57,136 nucleotides of DNA from a virus (Duplodnaviria > Caudoviricetes): positions 1 to 57,136 of the IMG/VR virus record IMGVR_UViG_3300005965_000101, one strand, 5' to 3'. The notes beneath the pieces are model-generated. The model searched no databases. It worked only from the letters and a program-made list of their open reading frames with translations, and had not been told where the DNA came from. Below, piece after piece: positions 1-9,014 of the stretch. Each line of letters opens with the position of its first letter. The stretch's first letter is position 1. Position numbers and translations under genes: made by a program.

Positions 1-291
1 TTATTCCATTCCTGAAATACTTATTTTATCCCTTACAAGATCTGAAACACTATTATAAGTGTAGTTCCATTCGTGGTAAACATGGCTATATCCGGCTGGC
101 AAAGTATAATATAAATAATATTTTCCTACGGTTTCTTTTGTAGTGTCTTCGCTTGTATAACTTGCCAGCTGTGTTTTGTCCGGTGTATAGATTTTTATCG
201 AATCTATTGTATCAGGATCAAATGCTGTGTTATTTGTATCTACAAAATTTGCCGTTAATTTAACAGTTGAACCGCTTTGATATGTAATCAT
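1..291 (-). CDS. Hypothetical virion-associated protein, possibly Ig-like/beta-rich
   Basis: 96-aa ORF co-oriented and translationally coupled with the late operon; beta-strand-like pattern (GKYYLYYTLP). Confidence 0.55.
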   Translation of the reverse strand: MITYQSGSTVKLTANFVDTNNTAFDPDTIDSIKIYTPDKTQLASYTSEDTTKETVGKYYLYYTLPAGYSHVYHEWNYTYNSVSDLVRDKISISGME

Positions 292-1196
292 CAGCTTGAA
301 ACCTCCAAATATGAATTAGTATATTTTGATACGCTTAAAGAATTATTGTTGTATTTACAAGAAAAAACAGAATTATTCGCAAATTTTTCAGTGCTTAAAG
401 TACAGAATACTCTCTCTATGACCGGTGCGGACGACCAGATTAACCCTGCATTATAATTTTGCTGGACTTCTGCTTGTGATAGTTTTTTATTATAAATAGC
501 CAGGTTGTATAATCGCATATCTATCCCGCTAGAAGTACCTACAAAAATATCCTCAATTAATCCGGACATACTTCTATTGATAGTACCCTGGGAAATTCCA
601 TCCACATATATATCAGCTTCTGTTTCCAGGCTGTTATCAAATGTAAGAGCAAAGTTAAACAAACCCTGTCCACTGTCAAAAGTAAACTTTCCGCTTGATG
701 ATTCATTTTCCCATATGTCAAAATTAGTTTCCCCCCAGTGATACTGAATAGTAAACCCTCTATTAACCGACCATCCCCCTGATTTAATAATATTTTTATA
801 AGATGCCCATGGTGAAATATACACTGTTATTTGAATAGTAAATTTTGTTACTCCTGTCAGGTTTCCTATTAGAATTTTTCCATAATCATTGCTGTTATCA
901 AATTTTATATAAGATTCACTTCCCTCGGTATTATCACCGTTTGCACCACTACTTGATGTACCTGCAAAATTATACAAACTGAGCGAATATTCATTTTCAG
1001 TTAAATCTGTTAGCTGATTAGGGAATGGACTGTTTGTTATGTAATTTCCGTTACCATCATGATTACCAGCGTGATAAAACGCTGAAAGTCCATCTATGAC
1101 AAAGCCGTTGCGGGATATAGCATCTAATCCTATTTGAGGGAGAGCAGCCCCGCTAACATAAATCAAACCCATCATGCTCGGAATAATTATACTCAT
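291..1196 (-). CDS. LamG/concanavalin-A-like lectin domain protein (fibre or decoration)
   Basis: Motifs FTIQITVY, NFALTFD, IYVDG and LYNLAIYNKKLSQAEVQQNYNA are typical of LamG-like jellyrolls. Confidence 0.7.
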   Translation of the reverse strand: MSIIIPSMMGLIYVSGAALPQIGLDAISRNGFVIDGLSAFYHAGNHDGNGNYITNSPFPNQLTDLTENEYSLSLYNFAGTSSSGANGDNTEGSESYIKFDNSNDYGKILIGNLTGVTKFTIQITVYISPWASYKNIIKSGGWSVNRGFTIQYHWGETNFDIWENESSSGKFTFDSGQGLFNFALTFDNSLETEADIYVDGISQGTINRSMSGLIEDIFVGTSSGIDMRLYNLAIYNKKLSQAEVQQNYNAGLIWSSAPVIERVFCTLSTEKFANNSVFSCKYNNNSLSVSKYTNSYLEVSS

Positions 1197-1645
1197 TATG
1201 CCATATACCCCGATAACACAGCTAGATTAGTATCTAGGACAGTTAATTGAACAGGTGCGTATTGTTTTGCTGAACTGCTATACTCATCAGCATTCACAAC
1301 AGTCATATCCCCATCACCAACAAAAATTAATTGCCCTGCCCCACCTTGCCAAAAAGTACCTGTCCAACCTTCTGTTAGAGTATCAGGGACAGTTATTGTA
1401 ATGTCCGAGGCATTAGTCATTACAAAGGATGTACCCATCTCAGAATCTTGGAGGGTATAGGTAGTATCTGTAATTTTAGTGATTTTAGCTTTGAAGTTTT
1501 GGAGTTGTTGCCCATTACAATCACCATTCATTATGGTAGAGGGGAGTTTACCATCAGTCCCTATAAGGGGGAGTCTGTTAGCTTGATTGAAAATATTACC
1601 TTTGCGGGTTATTTCTCCGCCATTGGTTCCTTCTTTATAGCCCAT
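1196..1645 (-). CDS. Putative fibre/structural protein
   Basis: Start re-assigned to the ATG at 1645 (GGAGG SD upstream, 3 nt after the stop of the 1648 ORF); TTYTLQDSEMG...ITITVP...FWQGGAGQLIF resembles small phage fibre-tip domains. Confidence 0.55.
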   Translation of the reverse strand: MGYKEGTNGGEITRKGNIFNQANRLPLIGTDGKLPSTIMNGDCNGQQLQNFKAKITKITDTTYTLQDSEMGTSFVMTNASDITITVPDTLTEGWTGTFWQGGAGQLIFVGDGDMTVVNADEYSSSAKQYAPVQLTVLDTNLAVLSGYMA

Positions 1646-1647
1646 TA

Positions 1648-2541
1648 TTAAGCCTCCACAACATAATTCCACGGCTCGGCAGAGTTAGCGCAGGTTACTG
1701 TAAACTCAGTAAATTGTGCATAATCAAAAGTTTCAGAATCTCCAAAGTCAAGAATAGATGTAAACCCACCTACCGCAATAGTAAGGTCACTTGATTGAGA
1801 CCTGTTCTTTATGGTCAACCTTGTTCCTGTAGCCGTGATAGTTGCTGAGCCTGTACGACTCGCCTTCGCTGTAACTACTTTTTTCTTCGCATACCCAGCT
1901 CCGTTTAAAGTTGCCAAAGCTGCCGCAATGGTTGCCGCACTGGATTCAGTGGTTAATAACTTTCCCCCGCTTATGATGGCCGCCAAAGCCTCAACCGCAG
2001 TCTTTATCGCAGAACCAGAAGTTTCTGTAACAAGTAATTTCCCTCCGGAAATTATTGCCGCTAAAGCTTCCGTAGCCGTTTTAATTGCCGCTGCGCTTGT
2101 CTCGGTTGTAAGAAGTTTGCCGCCAGAGATAATTGCCGCTAAAGCTTCCGTAGCCGTTTTAATTGCCGCTGCGCTTGTCTCGGTTGTAAGAAGTTTGCCG
2201 CCAGAGATAATTGCCGCCACTGCCTCTGTCGCTGTCTTTATTGACCCTGAATTATCTTCCGTGGTTAACATTTTTGTCCCGGATATAGCTCCGGCTAATG
2301 CCTGTAATGCTGTTAAAGCGTCCCCGTTTATACCAACATCGGCAGGAACATTAAGAGTAGCCCCCGTTGCATCAATAGATGTCTGAACAACAAGCTCTCC
2401 ATCTTCATTGACGGTTAATCCAATATTACTTGCCCACTGGGTAATGGCTTGCAGTATTTTGTATATATCCTTGTAGTCCGCCCCAGAGCATTCCGGCTGC
2501 GCTAAAACATCTGTTGGAATTTGATTAACAATATTTGTCAC
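1648..2541 (-). CDS. Ala/Thr-rich repeat protein (putative fibre or decoration protein)
   Basis: About five 26-aa repeats (ISGGKLLTTETSAAAIKTATEALAAI); AAGGAG SD before the GTG start. Confidence 0.6.
   Translation of the reverse strand: MTNIVNQIPTDVLAQPECSGADYKDIYKILQAITQWASNIGLTVNEDGELVVQTSIDATGATLNVPADVGINGDALTALQALAGAISGTKMLTTEDNSGSIKTATEAVAAIISGGKLLTTETSAAAIKTATEALAAIISGGKLLTTETSAAAIKTATEALAAIISGGKLLVTETSGSAIKTAVEALAAIISGGKLLTTESSAATIAAALATLNGAGYAKKKVVTAKASRTGSATITATGTRLTIKNRSQSSDLTIAVGGFTSILDFGDSETFDYAQFTEFTVTCANSAEPWNYVVEA
1940..2300. repeat. 78-bp (26-aa) intragenic tandem repeat
   Basis: Two near-identical copies at about 2053-2218 plus diverged flanking copies. Confidence 0.85.
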
Positions 2542-2552
2542 TTTTGTCTCCT

Positions 2553-4601
2553 TTAATAGTGGGCCTTAAAACTTACCTGCTTTTTATTTTTTCTTCCTGC
2601 TTCTACTTTTTGAGCAAGAAAAACTTCATAAATTAATTGATGTACCGCATTAATGAGATTTGTGTATGGATATATTTCTTTCAGTTTTCTTTCCGGTCTA
2701 TCTGCGTCATTTTCTTTGGGTTCGTATGTTACTCCGCCTTCAAAAGCCTTAATTAACATTTCATTTTGCGGATGGATAACCAGTCGTTTTTCTTCCTGCC
2801 CGTTAAGAGGATTAATCACAACTTCACGCAAAAGCCGTGCAGTTAAGTCTATGATATCATTTTTTGCAGCTTTTATTTCTGACGATTTTGGGCTCTGTCC
2901 AAACTCCTGTTTCAGGAAATAGTCAAAACTAAACGGGTTTTCAAACTCTTTTTTCTCTGTATAAGTGTACAATCGGACTTTATTCTGGCTTTCAGGATAG
3001 TTAATAATCTGTTTTGTCAGACACTTCCTGATTATTTCCTCTTTCTGCACATCGTCCGAAAAATCAGAATCAAGTATTCTTAACTGCCCCCACTCGGTAA
3101 GCTGCCCGAACACGTATGCTGGCTGATTAACAGTGTTGAAACAAATTAATAATGGATGTATATTTTTGTAACAAAAATCAGACACATTTCGGACAATTGA
3201 AAACTCGTCATATAACATAAAACCCTCTCCTGCAAGTAAAACCTTAACCGCTAAACTGAGACAATCAACACAATCGTCGTGTTTAGCGTTTGGAAAATTC
3301 CGACAATCGCTCAAAAAGTCGCTTAACCACTCTGCGCTTTTTCGCAGATATACATAACCGTTTTGAATATAAGTCAGTATTTCGTTAACCCGCTCAATTT
3401 TGGACCTGTGCTGCTTAACCCCGATGACAGGCTTACCCTCTTTTTTCCACCTGTTGATAAGGCCCGTGCCGATATTAGCTTTTTCCACATATGCGACACG
3501 AGGTTGATGTTTTCCGTAAAAAGCGTCAGCTATCGGGTTAATTTCTTCAGAATCGGCCCTGACCTTAACCTGATCAAGAAAATACACACGATTAAGCCTC
3601 TTTCCCCATGCCTGCATACAGGTATAATCAGCCGTTTCTTTTTCTCCTTCCGAGGTATCAATGGTAATTATTTTGTACTCAAGATCCGGCTCCCCCTCAA
3701 AATACTGCCAGTATTTGTCTTTCAAAATTCCGCCTTCAGCTGGTGCTGGTCGCTGTTCATACTGCCCTGCAAACTCTGCTCCCATTTCTTTTCTGATTAA
3801 CTGCAAGTCAGAAAGAGTATGCTTTTCATTCCATAGGACCGTTTCCTCATCTTCCGCTATCGCTGGTAAGCACAGGTGGTGAAAGTCGTAATGACAATCA
3901 TCCGACAGACAGTATCCCGACAAGTCCTCTTCGTGTAACCTCTGCATAATAATTACTATGGGCACTTGCTCATTGTTCCTCCGGGATAACAATGTCCCTT
4001 TGAAATAATCAATACACGCTGGGCGTGTTATATCAGATTCTTTATCCTGCGGCTTTAATGGATCGTCAATAATTATTGCCCCGTTAAACTGCCCCGATTC
4101 TATTGTGCCAGCACCAAATCCTGTTATACCCATGCCGGTTGATACAGCCTTATATCCACCGTCCTTTATATTTTCCCATTCTTCTTTAGCGGTGCTTCGC
4201 TTTTTAAGTACAGTTTTCGGAAACAACTCCTGAAACTCTTTGAGTTTTATAATGTCCTGAACAAATGCAGAGTTACGCAAAGTCAGGTTTTGGTTGTAAG
4301 ACACATTAATAAACCTGCTTGCGGCATTTAGGGCGAAGCCGTAAGCAGGAAAAAATATACTCCATATTTCGGTCTTAGAATATCGAGGAGGGATATTAAC
4401 GACAAGATACTGGATTTCACCTCGGACAACTTTGTCCACATAACTGCACATTAAATGGTGGTGCCAGTTCCACTTAAACTTATGCCCGTATCTTAACTCA
4501 AAAAAATAGTCCACAAAGTTCTCAAACTTTGATAACAAGTAGCTCTTGAACCATTCTTTCTGAATCTCTTTTGTCTTTATATTCGCTGTATCTATCATCA
4601 C
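2553..4601 (-). CDS. terL: Terminase large subunit with C-terminal extension
   Basis: NIPPRYSKT Walker A, IIIDDP Walker B, IMQRLHEEDLSG, GQYEQRP, nuclease motifs TIDTS/ADYT and FPNAKHDDCVDC. Confidence 0.95.
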   Translation of the reverse strand: MMIDTANIKTKEIQKEWFKSYLLSKFENFVDYFFELRYGHKFKWNWHHHLMCSYVDKVVRGEIQYLVVNIPPRYSKTEIWSIFFPAYGFALNAASRFINVSYNQNLTLRNSAFVQDIIKLKEFQELFPKTVLKKRSTAKEEWENIKDGGYKAVSTGMGITGFGAGTIESGQFNGAIIIDDPLKPQDKESDITRPACIDYFKGTLLSRRNNEQVPIVIIMQRLHEEDLSGYCLSDDCHYDFHHLCLPAIAEDEETVLWNEKHTLSDLQLIRKEMGAEFAGQYEQRPAPAEGGILKDKYWQYFEGEPDLEYKIITIDTSEGEKETADYTCMQAWGKRLNRVYFLDQVKVRADSEEINPIADAFYGKHQPRVAYVEKANIGTGLINRWKKEGKPVIGVKQHRSKIERVNEILTYIQNGYVYLRKSAEWLSDFLSDCRNFPNAKHDDCVDCLSLAVKVLLAGEGFMLYDEFSIVRNVSDFCYKNIHPLLICFNTVNQPAYVFGQLTEWGQLRILDSDFSDDVQKEEIIRKCLTKQIINYPESQNKVRLYTYTEKKEFENPFSFDYFLKQEFGQSPKSSEIKAAKNDIIDLTARLLREVVINPLNGQEEKRLVIHPQNEMLIKAFEGGVTYEPKENDADRPERKLKEIYPYTNLINAVHQLIYEVFLAQKVEAGRKNKKQVSFKAHY

Positions 4602-4636
4602 AACGATAATAGCAAATCACAACGATAATAGCAAAT
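4597..4636. repeat. Perfect 19-bp tandem duplication ATCACAACGATAATAGCAA
   Basis: Copies at 4597-4615 and 4616-4634, overlapping the terL start. Confidence 0.9.
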
Positions 4637-4749
4637 TGAGCGGATTATTTTTTTAGAGCTTTAATATTTCGTTTTTACTTGAAATCCTTTTATAGTGATA
4701 GCTTTTTTATTTGTTTTTATTAAAACAAAGTAATATCCTAAAATTATTG

Positions 4750-5060
4750 GGTGAGAATTTTACGAGAATTTTAAAACCCTTATTATTATTATATTATATT
4801 ATTATAATTATTAAATTATTATAATTATCTATATAGTATATTATTAAGAAAACATATAAACACACTTAATCCCCCATTTGTTATTTTTTTTAAAACACAT
4901 GGGGGTGTGAGAATTTTGAGAATTTGAGAATTTCACCTCTGAAAACCAATTATAGTTTGAATTTTAAAATTCTCATAGAATTATCAGTTGAGAACTTTAA
5001 ACTGGCTGAAATTCAGTTTTCAAGGTGCTTTTAGTATAATAACAAAAATTGAGAATTTTG
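4750..5060. other. Iteron-like repeat cluster plus extreme AT tract (candidate replication origin or packaging site)
   Basis: GAGAATTT at 4753, 4764, 4909, 4918, 4926, 5051, inverted at 4967-4974, variant GAGAACTTT at 4990; near-pure A/T tract about 4780-4850; CCCCCAT/ATGGGGG inverted repeat 4871-4905. Confidence 0.6.
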
Positions 5061-5119
5061 CAATATTTTTTGAAAAATTAAAAAACAACAGCTCACACAA
5101 AGCCCGTAGGGCGACGTTT

Positions 5120-5740
5120 TTAATCCTTCTCGTATGTTTCTACCCCGAATTTTTTCTTCATTTCCAAAATTTCTGATTCTGGAGTTCGGTTTTCCATAAG
5201 TTTTGGCAATACCTGCTCGGTCATTTTTTGGAAAATTTCTGTAATTTCATCACGGTTGGCGTTAATATTAATTTGGTTGTAAGTATTTTGGTTGTCTTTC
5301 CAGAGTCCCAGCTGCTCTCCAAGCTTTACAAGGGCTTTTGTCTTATCCCAGAACTTTACCTCAACAGTCTTATTACCTTCCTTGTCCGTGGTCTCCTTGA
5401 CCGAAGACACTACTTTGGCGGTTACATCGTCAAACTCTGAAGGGTGTTTCATTGTGCCGTCCTCGTGGTACAGTCTGCGAACATCAAAAAAACCTATATT
5501 AGCGAATTCCCCAACGATTCTATCCTGTGATATTTGAATTCTTCTCTTCTGTTTTTCCTGAATTTCAGAAATGCGTTTCTGTATTGAAGGATTTTGTATA
5601 AGTTGATAGCCTTGCTCGCCGCAATTTTTACTAGAATACCCGGCTCGTTGAGCGGCAAAAGTTGCTTCGTAGTGGATACAGTATTCCTGACAAAACCGTT
5701 CTTGCTTGTCAGTCAGCCCTGTTTTGGACAGTTTACCCAT
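5120..5740 (-). CDS. terS: Terminase small subunit
   Basis: LTDKQERFCQEY...ATFAAQRAGYS...G.QLIQNPSIQ and VKFWDKTKALVKLG motifs; AGGAGG SD. Confidence 0.93.
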   Translation of the reverse strand: MGKLSKTGLTDKQERFCQEYCIHYEATFAAQRAGYSSKNCGEQGYQLIQNPSIQKRISEIQEKQKRRIQISQDRIVGEFANIGFFDVRRLYHEDGTMKHPSEFDDVTAKVVSSVKETTDKEGNKTVEVKFWDKTKALVKLGEQLGLWKDNQNTYNQININANRDEITEIFQKMTEQVLPKLMENRTPESEILEMKKKFGVETYEKD

Positions 5741-5885
5741 AAAACCTCCTTTTTTTTTATATTATAACGTTTTTGGAGGCATATTTGTATTTATGGAAAC
5801 CTAAAACGAAATTCAGAACTTCTGAAATATTTAGGAAGTTCCAAAAGGGGTTTAGGAAGTTATGAAATTATCCGCATATAAAAAA

Positions 5886-5914
5886 TTGAAAGCATCCCTG
5901 TTTTTTGGTATGCT
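5886..5914 (+). promoter_or_regulatory. Sigma70-type promoter for the XRE gene at 5984
   Basis: TTGAAA-17 bp-TATGCT with an extended -10 TG. Confidence 0.5.
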
Positions 5915-5983
5915 CTAAACGTCTAAAAATAGTTATAGTAGGGATTGTAGGGGAATTTGAATTAAAAATCAAGTCCCTTAATT

Positions 5984-6280
5984 ATGAGTACTGAATTTAA
6001 AAAAATAGTTGGCGAGAGAGTTTATATAATAAGAAAAAAGCTAAACCTCACACAGGGAGAATTAGGTGAATCGTTAGGCTGCTCTCAGGGCAAGGTTAAA
6101 GATATAGAAAAAGGACGGATTGGTATAATCCCAGAAACAGCAATAGTACTGGCAGAAAAATACAAAATATCTTTAGATTGGCTTTATTTAGGGCGTGGCG
6201 AGATGTTTGACAGGATTTATGCCTTATCAGAACAGGATAGAGAGTTAGTTGAAAAATTACTAACCAGGTTGAGTAAATAA
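5984..6280 (+). CDS. XRE-family HTH transcriptional regulator
   Basis: IRKKLNLTQGELGESLGCSQGKVKDIEKG...ISLDWLYLGRGEMF. Confidence 0.9.
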   Translation: MSTEFKKIVGERVYIIRKKLNLTQGELGESLGCSQGKVKDIEKGRIGIIPETAIVLAEKYKISLDWLYLGRGEMFDRIYALSEQDRELVEKLLTRLSK

Positions 6281-6410
6281 CTCAAATTGAACTATTTTTT
6301 GTAAACAATTTTAAACCTTTTATAAAATTGCGTTAAATATAATTTACATAAAACTGTTTAAATCCATGTAAATAGTTTTATGGAGTATAAATAAATGCAT
6401 CAAAAGTTTA

Positions 6411-6842
6411 TTATTGAGATCGTTGTTTTTTTGACTGCAGTAGCTCAAAAATCAGATCATCAATCATCTCTGGATTTTCAGCAAGAAGAAAAAGAAGATA
6501 AGGAATTTTTTCTTTATAACCAAAAACAAACTTAAAAATGTTGTCCATTTTTTCGTAAGAATAGCCTAATTTTTCAGCGCAAGCAATGCAGATGTTTTCG
6601 TAAGAGAAATTAGGCTTATCTTCTATGAACATATTTCCTTTACCAGTAAGCAGCCAGTTAATGTCAATATTTAAATTCTCATATAGTGCAAGTAAAATTT
6701 CACTGGAAGGATTTTCTTTGGATCCACTTTCCAGCTTATTGACGTAACTGGTGGATTTACCTATTAGTTTTGCCAATTCTTCAGTGTTTTTTATATTTTT
6801 AGCTTTTTTTATTTCTTTTATTCTATTAGCTATTGTCATCAA
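6411..6842 (-). CDS. XRE-family HTH repressor (CI-like candidate)
   Basis: ELAKLIGKSTSYVNKLESG...NPS...IDINWLLTGKGNMF; divergent from the early lytic arm. Confidence 0.85.
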   Translation of the reverse strand: MMTIANRIKEIKKAKNIKNTEELAKLIGKSTSYVNKLESGSKENPSSEILLALYENLNIDINWLLTGKGNMFIEDKPNFSYENICIACAEKLGYSYEKMDNIFKFVFGYKEKIPYLLFLLAENPEMIDDLIFELLQSKKQRSQ

Positions 6843-6978
6843 AAAGGTTTCTTTCTTTTGCCATTGTGACCAATTTAAAAATTAAGTTTACGAGTTTAGT
6901 TGTTCCCATAATGATAAATATGATAAATATTACAAACGTGAAAGCGAAAATTAAAACAGGTAGTGTTAATATTTATAC

Positions 6979-7281
6979 TCATCTCTTTAAATAATTATAA
7001 TTAGGTCTACCTGTCCCGCCTAATGGTGCAGTATTTACACTATTACGTTTTTGAACAGGAGGGGAATAAACAGGGACCTGATTATAACTCCTTTGCGGTT
7101 TATAGTTATTATAAAGATTTCCATCTGGATGGCTACGACGATAAGGTTGCACATAAGTTCCATTTTTTTTGTAATATCCGCTAACCCATTGCTGGGCGAG
7201 CGACGGGTAAGATATGAATAAAATTAAAGTTAATATTAAAATTTTTTTCATAATCATTTTCCTTTTATATTTAAATATCAC
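6979..7281 (-). CDS. Small secreted protein (moron-like)
   Basis: Signal peptide MKKILILTLILFISYPSLA followed by the VSGYYKKNGTYVQPYRRSHPD motif; true start probably at the internal MKK. Confidence 0.7.
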   Translation of the reverse strand: MIFKYKRKMIMKKILILTLILFISYPSLAQQWVSGYYKKNGTYVQPYRRSHPDGNLYNNYKPQRSYNQVPVYSPPVQKRNSVNTAPLGGTGRPNYNYLKR

Positions 7282-7333
7282 TTATTTTTATAAATAAAAT
7301 TTCTTTAATCATTAAATTTTTCCTCATGTAGTA

Positions 7334-7361
7334 TTGACATCTTTCGCTATAGTGATATACT
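7334..7361 (+). promoter_or_regulatory. Strong sigma70-type early promoter
   Basis: TTGACA (7334-7339), 16 bp spacer, TATACT (7356-7361) with extended -10 TG, upstream of the RHH gene. Confidence 0.7.
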
Positions 7362-7409
7362 GAATAATATCAAATAAATTTTATAGATTTACCCTTAAAA
7401 ACAAAGGAG

Positions 7410-7610
7410 GTGAAACAGTTGGCATCGGATTTACCTTTAATAAATTTCAGGCTCGCCCCTGAGTTAGTTGAAAAGGTTGACAGGATCGCCAGTACGTTTG
7501 AAAGAGATCGTTCTTATACAGTACGTAAATTTCTTCAGTACTGCGTTGACCTTAACCTTGAAAAAATAGAGGGGATAATGAATCCCCCCATAAAAAATAC
7601 AAATATTTAA
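7410..7610 (+). CDS. Ribbon-helix-helix (Arc/CopG-like) regulator, Cro-position gene
   Basis: INFRLAPELVEKVDRIA...DRSYTVRKFL pattern; AAGGAGG SD just upstream (start may be the TTG at 7419). Confidence 0.7.
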   Translation: MKQLASDLPLINFRLAPELVEKVDRIASTFERDRSYTVRKFLQYCVDLNLEKIEGIMNPPIKNTNI

Positions 7611-7679
7611 TTCTAGTTGTAATTCTAATTTGAATACAAATTAAAGTCAATAGTTATAAAAATTGACGAGTTTTATAGT

Positions 7680-7925
7680 ACCCTCTTGCGGTTTGTTATT
7701 TTTAAGCCGCAAAAGGGTGGTATAAGCCACCCCGGACGCACCCAAAGTGCCGTGGACAGGAGGTCCTTTCAGGAAACAGGAAAGTTTCTAACAAGGGTAC
7801 AAATCAAATAGCGGTAAATTGCACTGACACCGAAGAAACAAGCAGCACGTTATGGTGAAGGACGATACACCCGTGAGCCTGTACCCCATTAAGATGGCAG
7901 GACAACGAATGGTAGCCGTTGGGGA
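7680..7925 (+). ncRNA. Candidate structured RNA in the early leader
   Basis: GC-rich, with several helices: 7680-7694/7704-7718, 7715-7720/7727-7732, GGGTACA 7795-7801/TGTACCC 7880-7886, CAACG 7903/CGTTG 7917. Confidence 0.4.
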
Positions 7926-8073
7926 TTAGTAACTTAAAAGAAATTGAACACAAATATTTAATTCTATATATGTGTTTTTCATCAGGGTTTGGGAGGAAAG
8001 GAGTTGGATATTAGAAGGAATATACGGCACTCTAACTAAACCCTGGACTAAAAACACGTTTTTGGAGGTGTCT

Positions 8074-8232
8074 ATGGTATTAGAGAAAATTTCAAAACAC
8101 AAAGCACGAAAAATTTATTCCTGCTGTGTTTGCGGAAAACCGATTCAAAAAGGGCAGGAATATTCAAGGTTATTTAGGAAATTTACAGACACAGTGGAAA
8201 CAAACACGGCTTGTTTGAGTTGCAGGAGATAA
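8074..8232 (+). CDS. Small zinc-finger protein
   Basis: KARKIYSCCVCGKPI...CLSC; GGAGGTG SD before the ATG at 8074. Confidence 0.65.
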   Translation: MVLEKISKHKARKIYSCCVCGKPIQKGQEYSRLFRKFTDTVETNTACLSCRR

Positions 8233-8361
8233 AGAGGATGAAACAGTTATTAATGGGTTTCTGTATAGGGATTGTAGTTTTCAGCTATGCAGATGATATC
8301 AAAACAGGCATGCAGCCAACACCAAATGAAAACATAACAGCAATAAAGGAGTTAATAAATT

Positions 8362-8598
8362 ATGGACAACAAGCAAAAGAATCCCCAAAAATCGCAATTT
8401 CAGGTTATTGAGGGAAGTAAAAACATTATAAAAACCACAGAAGACGCTGAAATTAAACTCGATGTAGCAATCGAGATACTTAAAGAAGCCCTTGAGTCTG
8501 AGAGTATCTCAACAAAGGATCTGTATATAGATTCTGTCAGAGAAAACCTGATAAAAGTCCAAGACTTTTTAGGTTACAGAAGTTATTACAGGAGGTGA
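8362..8598 (+). CDS. Hypothetical protein
   Basis: ORF with AAGGAG SD in the early operon. Confidence 0.55.
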   Translation: MDNKQKNPQKSQFQVIEGSKNIIKTTEDAEIKLDVAIEILKEALESESISTKDLYIDSVRENLIKVQDFLGYRSYYRR

Positions 8599-8602
8599 CT
8601 TC

Positions 8603-8917
8603 ATGAGCTTTGATTTAATTCTTGACAGTCAGGATCACAGTTACGAATTAACCTGGGGCGTGATAGTCCCGGAATACACAAGTCATTTTCTTACATTAAG
8701 AAAAGGTAAGATATATCACTATAATGACATTTCTTATAAAAAAGACACTATTGAATTAATGCAAAAAATAATCCCGCAGGCTTTTGCCTCAACAGAAGCC
8801 CAACCGGAAATAACTTATGCACAAGCAATTGAACTGGCTGAACATTTTAACCCTTATATTATTTCTGAGCTTGATGAATACATTGAAGCTTGGGAGCAGG
8901 CAGAAAAAGTTGCATAA
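8603..8917 (+). CDS. Hypothetical protein
   Basis: ORF with GGAGGTG SD. Confidence 0.6.
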   Translation: MSFDLILDSQDHSYELTWGVIVPEYTSHFLTLRKGKIYHYNDISYKKDTIELMQKIIPQAFASTEAQPEITYAQAIELAEHFNPYIISELDEYIEAWEQAEKVA

Positions 8918-8943
8918 CACTCATAAACTCAAAACTCTTAAAT

Positions 8944-8961
8944 AGCCCACACGGGCTTTTT
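8944..8961 (+). terminator. Intrinsic terminator
   Basis: AGCCC-ACAC-GGGCT followed by a T run. Confidence 0.5.
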
Positions 8962-9014
8962 CCTCAAAGTCTTATTTTTTAAAGGTTTTGAATTAAAAGC
9001 CAGAAGGAAAAATT

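Noticed and set aside
1811-2386. 191-aa + strand ORF, and similar antisense ORFs such as 20972-21346 and 55598-55837
   Set aside because: Open only because they mirror repetitive or Gly/Ala-rich sense genes.
4988-5176. 62-aa ORF in the terS-terL gap
   Set aside because: Opposite strand to the operon, no SD, overlaps the terS end and the repeat cluster.
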